Of a stretch of DNA of 64,000 bases, positions 9,611-19,855 are shown in pieces. Positions within the stretch are counted from its first letter, which is position 1. Each line of letters begins with the position of its first letter. A program made the translations under genes and the position numbers. The notes below the pieces were generated by a model. The model was not told the origin of the DNA. It saw only the letters and a program-made list of their open reading frames with translations, and searched no databases. Origin of the DNA: Candidatus Saccharimonadales bacterium (GTDB taxonomy: Bacteria > Patescibacteriota > Saccharimonadia > QS-5-54-17); the NCBI GenBank assembly GCA_040903985.1, contig JBBDUI010000002.1:198038-262037 (forward strand), written 5' to 3'.

Positions 9611-10852
9611 CTAGCGAAAACGATCGAAGATATCGTGCCAGCGCCCCTGTAAATTACCCACTATTGAGCTCAGGTTTAGAGTGGAATGTGCTGCATGGTC
9701 GGTCTGCATATCCTCAAGCATTAGGCCGATGACGGTAGCGAATTCCGGATTCTGAATCTTATCAACTATGCCGGAAAAGCCGCGTGGAGACTTTATGTGT
9801 ACGGGCAGACGCAACTGCTGTTTAGCTAGCTCAGCTATACCGGTAAGGTTAGCACCACCTCCACAGAGTAAGGCGCCGCCCGGTAACATCCCGTCTCGCT
9901 TAACCTTACCTAACTCGCGATTGATTAAATCAAACAGTTCCTGCAGTCGGGCTTGAGCGATTTCGTTCACCTCCGCTCGAGTCACATTTAACATCTCGCC
10001 GTTAAGTTCTTTAACCATGAAGCCTTCATTCGCATGGGCTGTTCTGGGGTCGGCGTCGACATGTTCCAGCTTAATCGCCTCAGCGGTCTCGATCTCCGTG
10101 CGCAAACCGATCGCGATGTCATTCGTGACATGAGCAGCACCGACCGGTATCACCGCCGCGTGCAACACCTCCCCCTCCTCGTAAACTGCCACACCGGTCG
10201 TATTGGTTCCGATATCTATCACTGTGCAGCCGATCTCCTTATCCTGAGCGTTAGCTACCGTCCGAGCCGCCGCTAGCACAGTAGCACTGTGCAGGTTAAC
10301 GGTTACACCGGCCTGGTTAACGCTGCGGGTAGTGTTCTTCAAGAAAGGTGTAGCTGCCGTCACCAAGCAAGTATCAACTTCGAGCCGCATACCGCTCATA
10401 CCAATCGGATCCTTCACGTGCTCCTGACCATCGACGGTATAATTACGGGGAAAAATCTGAATAATCTCGCGATTTGGTGGCAGCTGCATCACGGTGGCTG
10501 CCTCTTCGACTCGGGCGATATCTTCCTGAGTAATCTCGCGATTAGCACTACCGACAGCCACTATGCCTCGAGAGCTAGCGGTTATTAAATGTTGCCCGTT
10601 TACCCCCACCGTAGCCCCGGATATGGTAACCCCGGATATGCGCTCCGCTTCATCGATAGCAGCGGTGATAGCACTAACTGTGTTAGCCACATCGTGCACC
10701 ACCCCTTTACGTATACCGTTAGTCGGAGCTACCCCGACACCGATGATACTCGGCGCTGGCGCCTCCTCTTCGTGAACTCCGATGACACAGCGCACCGCAC
10801 TACTACCGAGATCGATGCCAACTGCTACTGGTGAAGTCTTGTTTTGCGCCAT
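9611..10852 (-). CDS. ftsA: Cell division protein FtsA
   Basis: GIDLGSS, IDIGTNTT, VTNDIAIGL and LCGGGANL; upstream of ftsZ. Start placed at MAQNK. Confidence 0.95.
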   Translation of the reverse strand: MAQNKTSPVAVGIDLGSSAVRCVIGVHEEEAPAPSIIGVGVAPTNGIRKGVVHDVANTVSAITAAIDEAERISGVTISGATVGVNGQHLITASSRGIVAVGSANREITQEDIARVEEAATVMQLPPNREIIQIFPRNYTVDGQEHVKDPIGMSGMRLEVDTCLVTAATPFLKNTTRSVNQAGVTVNLHSATVLAAARTVANAQDKEIGCTVIDIGTNTTGVAVYEEGEVLHAAVIPVGAAHVTNDIAIGLRTEIETAEAIKLEHVDADPRTAHANEGFMVKELNGEMLNVTRAEVNEIAQARLQELFDLINRELGKVKRDGMLPGGALLCGGGANLTGIAELAKQQLRLPVHIKSPRGFSGIVDKIQNPEFATVIGLMLEDMQTDHAAHSTLNLSSIVGNLQGRWHDIFDRFR

Positions 10853-10962
10853 AAATTTATCTGCATTATACGTGGGTTTCGGCCGTTCGTACAGGTTATG
10901 CTTGCGCCAGCGCCAGTATCGACTGAGCATCTCGCCGCTGATGGTTAGAAACGAACGGCCCG

Positions 10963-11712
10963 TTACCCTGTTAAGACTTCGTAGCCGGTCGGGGTGACCA
11001 ACACAGTATGCTCAAAATGCATACTCAGTGAACGATCTTGCGTACTGATAGTCCAACCGTCTGACTCCAACTGCACTTCCTTGCCTCCTAGCGTCGCCAT
11101 CGGCTCAATAGCGACCGTCATACCACTCTTGAGCGTTGGGCCTGCCCCGGCCCGCCCGTAGTTAGGAATCTCCGGATCCTCATGAACCGCATGGCCAACC
11201 CCATGGCCAACCAGATCCTCAACCACCCCAAGTCCATCGCGCAGTAAACGTCTCTGGATCGCCTGACTAATATCACCGATATGCACCCCGGGTCTCACCT
11301 GCTCGATACCGGCAAATAAGGCCTCCTCGGTGGCTCGCAGTCCCCGGCGCACTCGAGAACTAGCCTTATCGACTCCTCCCACTACCGTAGTAAAAGCACT
11401 ATCGGTAATCATCCCCTGGTAACCGACACAGAGATCGAGACTAACTAAATCATCCGCCTGCAGCTGGTAAGCTCCGGGGATGCCGTGGACTACCTGCTGG
11501 TTCACTGAGATACAGACCACGTCAGGAAAGCCATGATAGCCCAGCAGTACCGGCTCAGCATCCCGAGCGGCAATCTCTCGCCGCACGACTGCAGCCAACT
11601 CCTGAGTCGTCATCCCTGACTTTAGTTCACGCCGGGTGGCGGCAAACACCTCGTTGAGGATACGACCACTTTGACGAATAGCCTTAATCTCTTTATCTGT
11701 CTTCGGATGCAC
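10963..11712 (-). CDS. map: Methionine aminopeptidase type I
   Basis: CISVN..VVHGIP, GHGVG..VHEDP, AIEPM and HFEHT. Confidence 0.96.
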   Translation of the reverse strand: MHPKTDKEIKAIRQSGRILNEVFAATRRELKSGMTTQELAAVVRREIAARDAEPVLLGYHGFPDVVCISVNQQVVHGIPGAYQLQADDLVSLDLCVGYQGMITDSAFTTVVGGVDKASSRVRRGLRATEEALFAGIEQVRPGVHIGDISQAIQRRLLRDGLGVVEDLVGHGVGHAVHEDPEIPNYGRAGAGPTLKSGMTVAIEPMATLGGKEVQLESDGWTISTQDRSLSMHFEHTVLVTPTGYEVLTG

Positions 11713-12244
11713 GTACTGCCTCCTCGACTAATTCGGCTACCGTAGGGATATCGCCGCTCCCATCCACCTCGATCAAGTTGGCGCTACTTTTATAAAATGC
11801 CACGGCCGGCAAAGTTTTAGCAGTATACTCTTCCCAGCGTCGCTCCCAGACCACTCGGGCATCATCGACCCTGCCACGAGAAATCAGACGATTCCATGAC
11901 TCCTCAGCCGTAATGTAGAGATGAATTACTAAGGGAACCTGATAACCGAGTCGGGCGCGCGTCACCTCAAACTCCTGGGCTTGATCCAGCCGACGAGGGA
12001 AGCCGTCCACGATCACTGGCCCACTACTGCTAGCTAGCTGATCGAACACCAGCTGCACTACCTCTTTAGCAGGGAGAAGCTGGCCGCTCTCAACCATAGT
12101 TCGAATCTCACCGCTAACTGTCTCTCTCAGCAGCTGACCGATAGAAAAGTTATCCCAGCCCCGTCGAGCAGCCAAGAGTTCGGCTTGCGTACCTTTGCCG
12201 GCTCCAGGCGGACCGGTCAGTAGAACTATTCTTTTGCTATTCAT
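11693..12244 (-). CDS. adk: Adenylate kinase family NMP kinase (short LID)
   Basis: GPPGAGKGTQA, DGFPR and RGRVDD. Confidence 0.88.
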   Translation of the reverse strand: MNSKRIVLLTGPPGAGKGTQAELLAARRGWDNFSIGQLLRETVSGEIRTMVESGQLLPAKEVVQLVFDQLASSSGPVIVDGFPRRLDQAQEFEVTRARLGYQVPLVIHLYITAEESWNRLISRGRVDDARVVWERRWEEYTAKTLPAVAFYKSSANLIEVDGSGDIPTVAELVEEAVRASEDR

Positions 12245-12248
12245 CTTA

Positions 12249-12734
12249 TTAAGTTACCATGTCGGCCGACTTCCAGCCAAAATCACGATAGCTCAGGCCA
12301 AGTGCCGTCATAATCTCAGCCTGCAGGTGATCCATTTCCTCCCGCTGCCGCAGCGTCGCATGATCATAGCCCAATAGGTGTAGACTACCGTGCAGCAGTA
12401 GTAAAAGTAGCTCCGTCTCCTCGTCCGTGCCGGCAGCAGAGGCCTGTCGGCTGACGTGTTGACGTGAGATGACGACATCTCCAAGCTCCGGTAACTCGTC
12501 ACCGAAAGCTGAGATCGGTTGATCAACGTCTACTTCTGTCGTCTCACGATAGTTAAAGCTCAAGACATCGGTCGCATTATCCTCTCCGGCATAGTCCCGG
12601 TTTAGCCGCCGGACTTCGGTTGCGTCACTCAGGCGCGCATTGATTCGGCCTTGAACTGTAGTACGTTCACTGATTAGCTCGGCAAGTCGATCTAGCTGGT
12701 CGGAGCTTGCTCCCGACAAGCTGAGATTGATCAT
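12249..12734 (-). CDS. ybeY: rRNA maturation endoribonuclease YbeY
   Basis: TDVLSF, LGDVVI and HGSLHLLGYDH. Confidence 0.93.
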   Translation of the reverse strand: MINLSLSGASSDQLDRLAELISERTTVQGRINARLSDATEVRRLNRDYAGEDNATDVLSFNYRETTEVDVDQPISAFGDELPELGDVVISRQHVSRQASAAGTDEETELLLLLLHGSLHLLGYDHATLRQREEMDHLQAEIMTALGLSYRDFGWKSADMVT

Positions 12735-13168
12735 TGCAGCTGGGCACGTACCTTAGCTGCCACCTCAGCCCCATCGGCACGACCGGCCACTTGCGGCTGA
12801 ACTATGCGCATCACCTGACCCATGTCGGTCGATGAAGTGGCATCGGAATCAGCTATAGCCTGAGCAATAACTGCGTCCAGTTCCGCTTCCGGCATAGCAT
12901 CCGGTAAATAGCCCTCGATTATACCCAGCTCGACTCGCTCGGCTTCGGCTTGATCCATGCGCCCACCAGCAACGAAACTGTCGATCGACTCGCGACGTTG
13001 CTTAGCCTCTTTCTGTAGAACCCGCATGATATCAGCCTCATCGAGATCCTCGCCTTTAGCAATGCGAGCGTTAGCCAAGGCACTCTTCAGAGAGCGCAAA
13101 GTAGTAGCAGACGACTTATCGCCGCTTAAAAGCGCCTTTTTAATGTCGGCATCGAGTCTCTCTAGCAT
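12731..13168 (-). CDS. GatB/YqeY domain protein
   Basis: KEAKQRRESIDSF..GGR, DMGQVM and GRADG; follows rpsU. True start is MLERL at 13168. Confidence 0.9.
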   Translation of the reverse strand: MLERLDADIKKALLSGDKSSATTLRSLKSALANARIAKGEDLDEADIMRVLQKEAKQRRESIDSFVAGGRMDQAEAERVELGIIEGYLPDAMPEAELDAVIAQAIADSDATSSTDMGQVMRIVQPQVAGRADGAEVAAKVRAQLQ

Positions 13169-13172
13169 CTCG

Positions 13173-13385
13173 CTAGCGACCAAAGTAGATTTTGCGCATC
13201 TTCTCGTCGCGGCGGGCTTGCTTAGCGATAGCTGCCTCACGCTGCTGCTGTTTAGATAACGGCTTCTCAAAGCGTTGTTTACGCTTGGCATTGCTCAGCG
13301 TACCCGACTGCTGCACCTTTCGGTTAAAGCGGCGGATTAAACTCTCTAGGCCTTCTCGATCGTCTTTGCGAGTAACTTGTGTCAT
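13173..13385 (-). CDS. rpsU: 30S ribosomal protein S21
   Basis: E.LESLIRRFNRKVQQSG...FEKP, basic 70 aa. Confidence 0.88.
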   Translation of the reverse strand: MTQVTRKDDREGLESLIRRFNRKVQQSGTLSNAKRKQRFEKPLSKQQQREAAIAKQARRDEKMRKIYFGR

Positions 13386-13442
13386 ATCAAGAAGTCATTG
13401 TACAGAGGTTGCAGTGGCGATGCAAGACTCCCCCGCTTGCGG

Positions 13443-14897
13443 CTAACGCCAACTGCAAGCTACCACACGCTCCTCCTCGCCGCTAAGCTGACGGCAGCTC
13501 TTCACATGGACCGTGATCCCCAAACTACGCGTAATAAACCCGATAATCGGAGCTGGTGGCTGCGGATGGCAACACTCTGCCAGACGGTACTGAAGCCCGG
13601 ACATACCGGCTACTACTACCTGGCCGCTAGCCTGCGAAGCAGCCAAGGGTGACTCAACAGTAGGCTCAGGCGGGTAAAGTTTACGCTTGATTGCCTGAGC
13701 GCTGACCTGACCGGTACCGACGGCCACTAATAGATCGTCGACCGTCTCGCAGCGGTACTCCTTAAGTAACGTAGTTAACTCGCTGGGCAACTTACCCTTA
13801 AACTGCTCCAGTAAAAGCTCTCGGCCGACCGCTACATAACGGTCGCGCTCAGCTCGTTTGAGCCAAGCCCGAATGCGCTGAGTCGCCTTACGCGAGACGG
13901 CAAAACGCAACCAATCCCGCTTCGGACTGGCAGCTTTGCCAGTCAACACCTCGACCTGATCCCCTTGCTGTAGACGACTGTTCAGTGGAGCGATAGCGCC
14001 GTTGACTTTTACACTAGTCGTGCGCATCCCGACCCCGGTATGAATAGCGAAGGCGAAATCAAGCAAAGTGGCACCGTTCTTCAAGCGATAGATGTCACCA
14101 GTCGGAGAAAAGGCATAGACGTATTTATCCTCACTGATAGTTTTAGCCTGGGAGGCCGCCCCCTTCAGGTAGCCCTTAGTGTGCTTGTGCTCGTCATACT
14201 GCCAGTGTGCCGCCTCTCCACCTTCGGCATGTTCATGCATAGCTCGAGTACGAATCTGTATCTCAAGCCGTTTTTTACCGATCGTCAATGTCGTATGTAA
14301 CGACTGATAGCCGTTAGGCTTGGGCCGTTTGATGTAGTCCTTGAAGCGCTCCAGGCTAGGCTGAAACTCTTGGTTGATCACATCCAGCACGCGATAGCAA
14401 TCCGACTCATTAGCCACTATAACCCGTACGGCCAGTAGATCGTGAACGTCGTGAATGCTGCCGCTTTTGCGCAGCTTCTTATACAGACTGTAGGGTTGTT
14501 TCGTCCGTCCACTCACCTCGATACCATCTACCCCGACTTGCGCTAGCTTGTCTTCCAAAGCTTTAATGAACTTCAGTAGTGGCTTCTGCGTATCAGCGGC
14601 ATTCTGACGCAGTAACTTACAAGTTAAGTTGTACTGTTCGGGGTGAATGATCTTAAAGGCCGTATCTTCCAGCTCATGCTTCAACGCCTGAAAGTTAAGT
14701 TGATTTGCCAGCGGGGCCAATACCGTCAGGGCTACCGCCGCATCACTAACACCCGGCTCCAATCGCAGCCGGGCCAGCCGGGCCTGTAAAAAGTCCGGCA
14801 CCGCCTCCGGCTCTACTGCTAAGAGTAAGGCCCGCATATACTCTGGATGAGCCGACTGCGGATTATAGCGCTCCAGTAGCTGGTTTAATCTTTGCAC
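13443..14897 (-). CDS. RelA/SpoT-family (p)ppGpp synthetase with TGS and Zn-finger regions, no intact HD hydrolase and no ACT
   Basis: GRTKQPYS, DLLAVR, KPNGYQSLH, EIQIRT, TGS (DFAFAIHT) and AECCHP. Confidence 0.88.
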   Translation of the reverse strand: MQRLNQLLERYNPQSAHPEYMRALLLAVEPEAVPDFLQARLARLRLEPGVSDAAVALTVLAPLANQLNFQALKHELEDTAFKIIHPEQYNLTCKLLRQNAADTQKPLLKFIKALEDKLAQVGVDGIEVSGRTKQPYSLYKKLRKSGSIHDVHDLLAVRVIVANESDCYRVLDVINQEFQPSLERFKDYIKRPKPNGYQSLHTTLTIGKKRLEIQIRTRAMHEHAEGGEAAHWQYDEHKHTKGYLKGAASQAKTISEDKYVYAFSPTGDIYRLKNGATLLDFAFAIHTGVGMRTTSVKVNGAIAPLNSRLQQGDQVEVLTGKAASPKRDWLRFAVSRKATQRIRAWLKRAERDRYVAVGRELLLEQFKGKLPSELTTLLKEYRCETVDDLLVAVGTGQVSAQAIKRKLYPPEPTVESPLAASQASGQVVVAGMSGLQYRLAECCHPQPPAPIIGFITRSLGITVHVKSCRQLSGEEERVVACSWR

Positions 14898-16516
14898 GAC
14901 TGTACCGCCTTGATCAGTGCCTGTAGATTGCGCTGACCCCGAAACTCATTCTCATCCAGCTCGAACCAAACGTCGGCCTGTTCACCGATCTCGCCCACCG
15001 CTTCTGCCAGCCCAAAACCAATCCCGTCTAGATAACGCTCTCCATCACTCAACTGCAATTTAACGTGGCGGCGGTCACTACCCACCGTCTGCACTCGGAG
15101 CAGTCTAGCCGCCGGCAGGTGCAGTTGAGGTTTAGGGTTGCCCATGCCAAACGGAGCTAGTTGCTCTAGCTCCTGTCGCATTGACTCACTCATCATACTT
15201 AGATCGCTTAAGCTGACATCGGTCCGGGGTTGGGGCCTAAGATCACCATACTCACCAGCCCGGAAAAAGTCGTTCAGCTGCTGGCGAAAGGCAGCTACAT
15301 CGGTCGTTTTCAAACTACAACCGGCAGCTACGTGATGGCCACCGTACTTAAGCAACAGCTTATCTGCACTCCGCATACCCTCAACTACGCTAAAGCTTCC
15401 TAGCGAACGAGCCGAGCCTTTGGTCTCCTCGCCCATCTCCTGCATCACGATAGTCGGTTTAGCGAAACGCTCCATTAACTTAGCGGCCACGATGCCGACG
15501 ATGCCGTGATTCCAGTCCGGGTGAGACAGCACCAACACCGGATCGTCACGGTACTTCTCCGCCTCCACTAAAGCTAAAGCCATAATCTCATCCTGTTGGC
15601 GCCGGCGCTCGGCATTTAGTCGATCTAATCGCTCGGCGATCTCCCGTGCCTCACCCTTATCGGTGGCCATAAGTAAGCTTAAAGCTAGCTTGGCATGCTC
15701 CAGTCGACCGGCAGCATTCATGCGCGGGCCAAGGACGAAACCGAAATGGTAGGTGTCGACCCGATCCCGTTCCACCCCAGCTACCGCCAGCAGTGCCTGC
15801 AACCCCATCCGCGGCGTCTGGGCGAAAACCTTTAGCCCGTAACTGACTAAGATACGATTCTCACCTACCAACCCCACTACATCACAAACCGTACCTAGAG
15901 CTACTAAATCGAGTAGCCACTTCTCCCGTCCTTCCGGTAGTAGCCCCCGCTGCTGTAGCCCTTGGACCAGTTTGAAGGCCACCCCCACTCCGGCTAGATC
16001 GGTGAAGGGATAGCGGTTGTCGGCCCGTTTCGGATTTATCATAGCTACCGCCGGGGGCAGAGTATCGGTGAGGGTGTGATGGTCGGTCACGATTACCTCG
16101 AGATTATGCGCCGCTGCCCACTCTAATGGTGCATGCGAGGTACTACCACAATCGACGGTAATGATTAGATCAGCCCCTTGGCGTTGCAGCTTTTTCAGAG
16201 CGGCAGTATTAATGCCATACCCTTCTTCGAACCGGTCGGGAATATAGGCCGATATCTTCGCCCCCATAGCACCTAGGCCGTCCAGCAGTAGTGTCGTGGC
16301 CGTTAAACCGTCGATGTCGTAATCTCCATAGACTACGATCGACTCTTCTTTCTCAATCGCCTGCTGAATGCGCTCAACTGCCGTCGCCATGTCAGCCAAC
16401 AGAAAAGGATCGTGCAGATCCGTATATGCCGGCTGCAAAAAGCGGGCCTGTGCCGCTGCATCGGTAATACCGCGCTGTACTAGGATATCGGCCACAAGAC
16501 TTGCTATCTTCATCAC
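14885..16516 (-). CDS. recJ: ssDNA exonuclease RecJ
   Basis: GDYDIDG, TVDCG, TDHH, PRMNAAGR and GGH. Confidence 0.96.
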   Translation of the reverse strand: MMKIASLVADILVQRGITDAAAQARFLQPAYTDLHDPFLLADMATAVERIQQAIEKEESIVVYGDYDIDGLTATTLLLDGLGAMGAKISAYIPDRFEEGYGINTAALKKLQRQGADLIITVDCGSTSHAPLEWAAAHNLEVIVTDHHTLTDTLPPAVAMINPKRADNRYPFTDLAGVGVAFKLVQGLQQRGLLPEGREKWLLDLVALGTVCDVVGLVGENRILVSYGLKVFAQTPRMGLQALLAVAGVERDRVDTYHFGFVLGPRMNAAGRLEHAKLALSLLMATDKGEAREIAERLDRLNAERRRQQDEIMALALVEAEKYRDDPVLVLSHPDWNHGIVGIVAAKLMERFAKPTIVMQEMGEETKGSARSLGSFSVVEGMRSADKLLLKYGGHHVAAGCSLKTTDVAAFRQQLNDFFRAGEYGDLRPQPRTDVSLSDLSMMSESMRQELEQLAPFGMGNPKPQLHLPAARLLRVQTVGSDRRHVKLQLSDGERYLDGIGFGLAEAVGEIGEQADVWFELDENEFRGQRNLQALIKAVQSCKD

Positions 16517-16583
16517 CCTCTAGCATACAGGTTTTAGAGGTAAGGTATTAGCCGTGTCAGCTACACCCCTAAATACCTAGACC

Positions 16584-16853
16584 CTACTTATGGTGTTGGC
16601 TCTTTAGTACCATGCTCTGCAGCTCTTTGAAAAGAGGGAAGCGTTGATCGACACTGTAAATCTTCGTATTGCTTCGTTTGCGTGACTTTAAAAAGCCGAC
16701 GCCCTCTAGCTTACGCAACTCGCGCTGGATGTTACCGGCATCCTCATGAATCAGCTTAGCCATCCCCCGGATATGGGTCTGATAGTCCGGATATTTGGAG
16801 AAAAGAATGATGATCTTCCGCCGGGTCTTAGATGTGATAAAAACGTCTAGCAT
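16584..16853 (-). CDS. Winged helix-turn-helix protein
   Basis: 89 aa basic protein with HIRGMAKLIHEDAGNIQRELRKLE HTH pattern. Confidence 0.7.
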   Translation of the reverse strand: MLDVFITSKTRRKIIILFSKYPDYQTHIRGMAKLIHEDAGNIQRELRKLEGVGFLKSRKRSNTKIYSVDQRFPLFKELQSMVLKSQHHK

Positions 16854-16919
16854 AGTGATTTCCTCATGGTGTTATTTTAACAACACAAACTACGAAAGTC
16901 TACCCCGCCGGGAGTAGAA

Positions 16920-17786
16920 CTAAGTGGCGTTAGAGTTGCGCTTAGCTTGAAAATTCTGCCAGCTAACGAGCAAGGGAGCGGCGATAAAGATCGAAGAATA
17001 AGTCCCCGAGAGCATACCCAGCAGCAAGGCCAAGATAAAGTTAGAAGTACTACTACCGCCCAGCAAGAAAAGCGCCAGCAGCACTAAGATAGTAGTGATT
17101 GAAGTGTTGAGAGACCGCCCCATCACCTCGTTAATACTAGTGTTGACGATATCGATAAACTCCCCTTGTTTACGGAGCAGATTCTCCCGAATCCGATCGA
17201 AGACAACAATCGTATCGTGCACCGAGAAGCCGATCACCGTCAGCACTGCCGTTACGATAAATGAGTCGACCTCGACTCCAAAGAGGCGGCCGAAGACCGA
17301 AAACAGCACTAGGACGAAAAGCGCATCGTGCAGCAGGGCTACGATCGCCATCGCCCCGTAGCGAATCGGATGTTCCAACTTACGAAAAGCGAAGGCCACA
17401 TAAAGCGTAATCGCTACGGAGACCGCCAGCAGACTCAGCAGGGCGTTCTTAACTAGAGTGCTGCTAACGGAAGGACCGACTTGCTCCAGACGTTCGACCA
17501 CTATTCCCTCGGCCGCTTCCAGCGTCGGCTCGATGGCTACTTCATCGACAAAGCGAATCTGAAAGCCGCTCTCCCCAGTCTCAATCAGCTGAGGGTCATC
17601 GACGCCGGCTGCAGTTACGACCGCCGTCACTTCTTCCCGGCTGAGCTCGGTTACGACCGAGACTACCGTACCACCGGTAAAATCGATACCGAGCTTAAGA
17701 CCGAAAACGGCCAGGAAGATAAGACCAGGTAGCAGAATCGCAGCCGAGATACCGTAGTAGAATTTGCGCCGACCGATAATATCCAT
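16920..17786 (-). CDS. secF: Protein translocase subunit SecF
   Basis: GIDFTGG, SVHDTIVVFDRIRE and GTYSS. Confidence 0.95.
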   Translation of the reverse strand: MDIIGRRKFYYGISAAILLPGLIFLAVFGLKLGIDFTGGTVVSVVTELSREEVTAVVTAAGVDDPQLIETGESGFQIRFVDEVAIEPTLEAAEGIVVERLEQVGPSVSSTLVKNALLSLLAVSVAITLYVAFAFRKLEHPIRYGAMAIVALLHDALFVLVLFSVFGRLFGVEVDSFIVTAVLTVIGFSVHDTIVVFDRIRENLLRKQGEFIDIVNTSINEVMGRSLNTSITTILVLLALFLLGGSSTSNFILALLLGMLSGTYSSIFIAAPLLVSWQNFQAKRNSNAT

Positions 17787-19091
17787 CTACAGCCTCCCCG
17801 CCAGTTTAGTGCGAGCCACCCCGCGTAACAAAGTGCGGGTTACCACTGCTACCGCCAGCACGTTCATAATCACACCGATACCGAGAACCAAAGCAAACCC
17901 CTGGATAGCCGGTTCCGTGGCCAGTTGATAAAGCAAGACACAGATAATCAAAGTGGCCGTCGAAGCGTCCCTGATGCTGCTCCAAGCATGATTAAAGCCG
18001 GCCTCAACCGCCTTAACCGGTGCTAATCCGCTCGAACGCTCCTCCCGCAGTCGTTCTAACACGAGAATGTTAGCATCGGCCGCCACCGCAATACTCATGA
18101 TAAAACCGGCGATTCCGGCCAAAGTCAGCACGATAGCACTACCCCCAAAGATCGGCAGAACCGAGAGTTTGAACACTGTGATCATACTGGCCGCATACAA
18201 GCCAATCATCGCTACCGCTACCGCCCCACCCAGCCGGTAGATGACAAGCATGAACAACACTAAGGCCAGCAAGCCGACCGCCCCGGCCACTAGACTAGCC
18301 TGTAGAGCGTTTGCGCCTAAGCTCGGACCGATGGTTTGCTGAGCCACTAACTCGATCGGTGCTGGTAGGGCACCGGAGTTTAGTAGAGTGGCGGTCTCCT
18401 GCGCCTCTTGGATGCTTTCACTACCAGTGAGCTGAGACTCACCAGTTAGGATCGGCTGCTGAAACGGCACTGGACCGAAAATCGGCAAGCCATCTAGCAT
18501 AGCTAACACTTGAGTACCACTGTTATAAATCCGCGTCGACATCTCAGCAAACTTCTGGGTCGACTCGCCACTCTCAAACTGCAAGCTTACCACTGGTCGG
18601 CCAAACTGATCAAAGACGGCCTCGGCCTCGGCTACATCCTCACCGCTCACCTCGGTCGGAACCAGCTGAGTCTCGACCGACTCACCACCGGAGACAAACT
18701 CAAAAAACTCCAATTGAGCCGTCTGACCGATCAGTTCGATAACGGCCTGGGGGTCATCTTCATCGGGGATCTGAACTGTCACTTGATCGTTCTGCGCCGC
18801 CCGCACCACTGCCTCACTAGCACCGGTCGGGTTAACCCGATTTTGGATCCGCGCTACCGTCTCACTCAACACCGCTTCCGTATCTCGTCCCTCTGGTATG
18901 TCGGCCTGATAAACTAGATAAACTCCTCCGCGCAGATCCAGTCCGCGCTGCACGCTGAGGTCGGTATTGATACCCAGCGGCCGCAACAGCTGCATCTCAT
19001 TGGGATAGCTCAGTCCGCCTACGATCAACGCGAAGAGGCCGAGACCGATCAACTGCCAGCGTAGTTTCCGTCTTATCTGCATTACTCCCAC
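17787..19091 (-). CDS. secD: Protein translocase subunit SecD
   Basis: GLDLRGG, GALPAP, IGPSLG and DANILVLERLREE. Confidence 0.94.
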   Translation of the reverse strand: MGVMQIRRKLRWQLIGLGLFALIVGGLSYPNEMQLLRPLGINTDLSVQRGLDLRGGVYLVYQADIPEGRDTEAVLSETVARIQNRVNPTGASEAVVRAAQNDQVTVQIPDEDDPQAVIELIGQTAQLEFFEFVSGGESVETQLVPTEVSGEDVAEAEAVFDQFGRPVVSLQFESGESTQKFAEMSTRIYNSGTQVLAMLDGLPIFGPVPFQQPILTGESQLTGSESIQEAQETATLLNSGALPAPIELVAQQTIGPSLGANALQASLVAGAVGLLALVLFMLVIYRLGGAVAVAMIGLYAASMITVFKLSVLPIFGGSAIVLTLAGIAGFIMSIAVAADANILVLERLREERSSGLAPVKAVEAGFNHAWSSIRDASTATLIICVLLYQLATEPAIQGFALVLGIGVIMNVLAVAVVTRTLLRGVARTKLAGRL

Positions 19092-19735
19092 TTGTGGATT
19101 ATCTCGTTCATGAGCTGCTGAATATCTGGTAAGGTATTATCCTCGAAATAGTGGTCGGTATCAAGGTAGTTAGCCACCACATCACTGACGTAGATCTCAT
19201 CCGCCGCGATATGTAGCCGGTCGATCGCTCTAACCGAAGCGTTAGGGGCAACCGCGATCAGCTTACCGGTGTTAATCGGTTTAAGATAGTTAACCGCTGC
19301 ATCGAAAGACAGCCCGTTCTTAAAGCCGTCACTAACGATGATGACGTGATGCCCGTAGAACTGACTGGGGTCGATTAGCCCCTCCTCGTTCATAATTCGG
19401 GATAACTTATGTAGTTTCAGCAGCTTTTCCGACTCGATATAGCTGTGCATCTCACTCACCAGCTCCGTCAGCAGTCCGGTCGGTATCATACTGTTATAGG
19501 TGAAATGTCCCTCTTGATCGATTAGGCCGATCACCTCACTCTCGGCCACGCCCGGCATTGGGATCGGCTCGGTTAGCAGTAAACTAAGCCGAGCGTGCAG
19601 AGCTTTAGCTATCTCGTACCCTACTACCACTCCGCCCGGCGACAGTGCCAAGATTACCGTATCCTCAAAACGGTACTTTTCTACTAAAGAGGCCGCCAGT
19701 AGTCTTCCGGCCTCCTGCCGATCATGCAGGTACAT
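19082..19735 (-). CDS. Phosphoribosyltransferase-family protein
   Basis: DRQEAGRLLA, LALSPGGV and degenerate PRPP loop IIVSDG. Confidence 0.75.
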   Translation of the reverse strand: MYLHDRQEAGRLLAASLVEKYRFEDTVILALSPGGVVVGYEIAKALHARLSLLLTEPIPMPGVAESEVIGLIDQEGHFTYNSMIPTGLLTELVSEMHSYIESEKLLKLHKLSRIMNEEGLIDPSQFYGHHVIIVSDGFKNGLSFDAAVNYLKPINTGKLIAVAPNASVRAIDRLHIAADEIYVSDVVANYLDTDHYFEDNTLPDIQQLMNEIIHKWE

Positions 19736-19855
19736 CTACTTACCCGTATCGTATTTATAGTTTTGCAAAACTCGCATCTCACTTAGTGTACCGATAAACT
19801 TAACATCTATCCATACCGAGACAAATGCTAGCAGCGGGTGCGTATAATAGAGACC

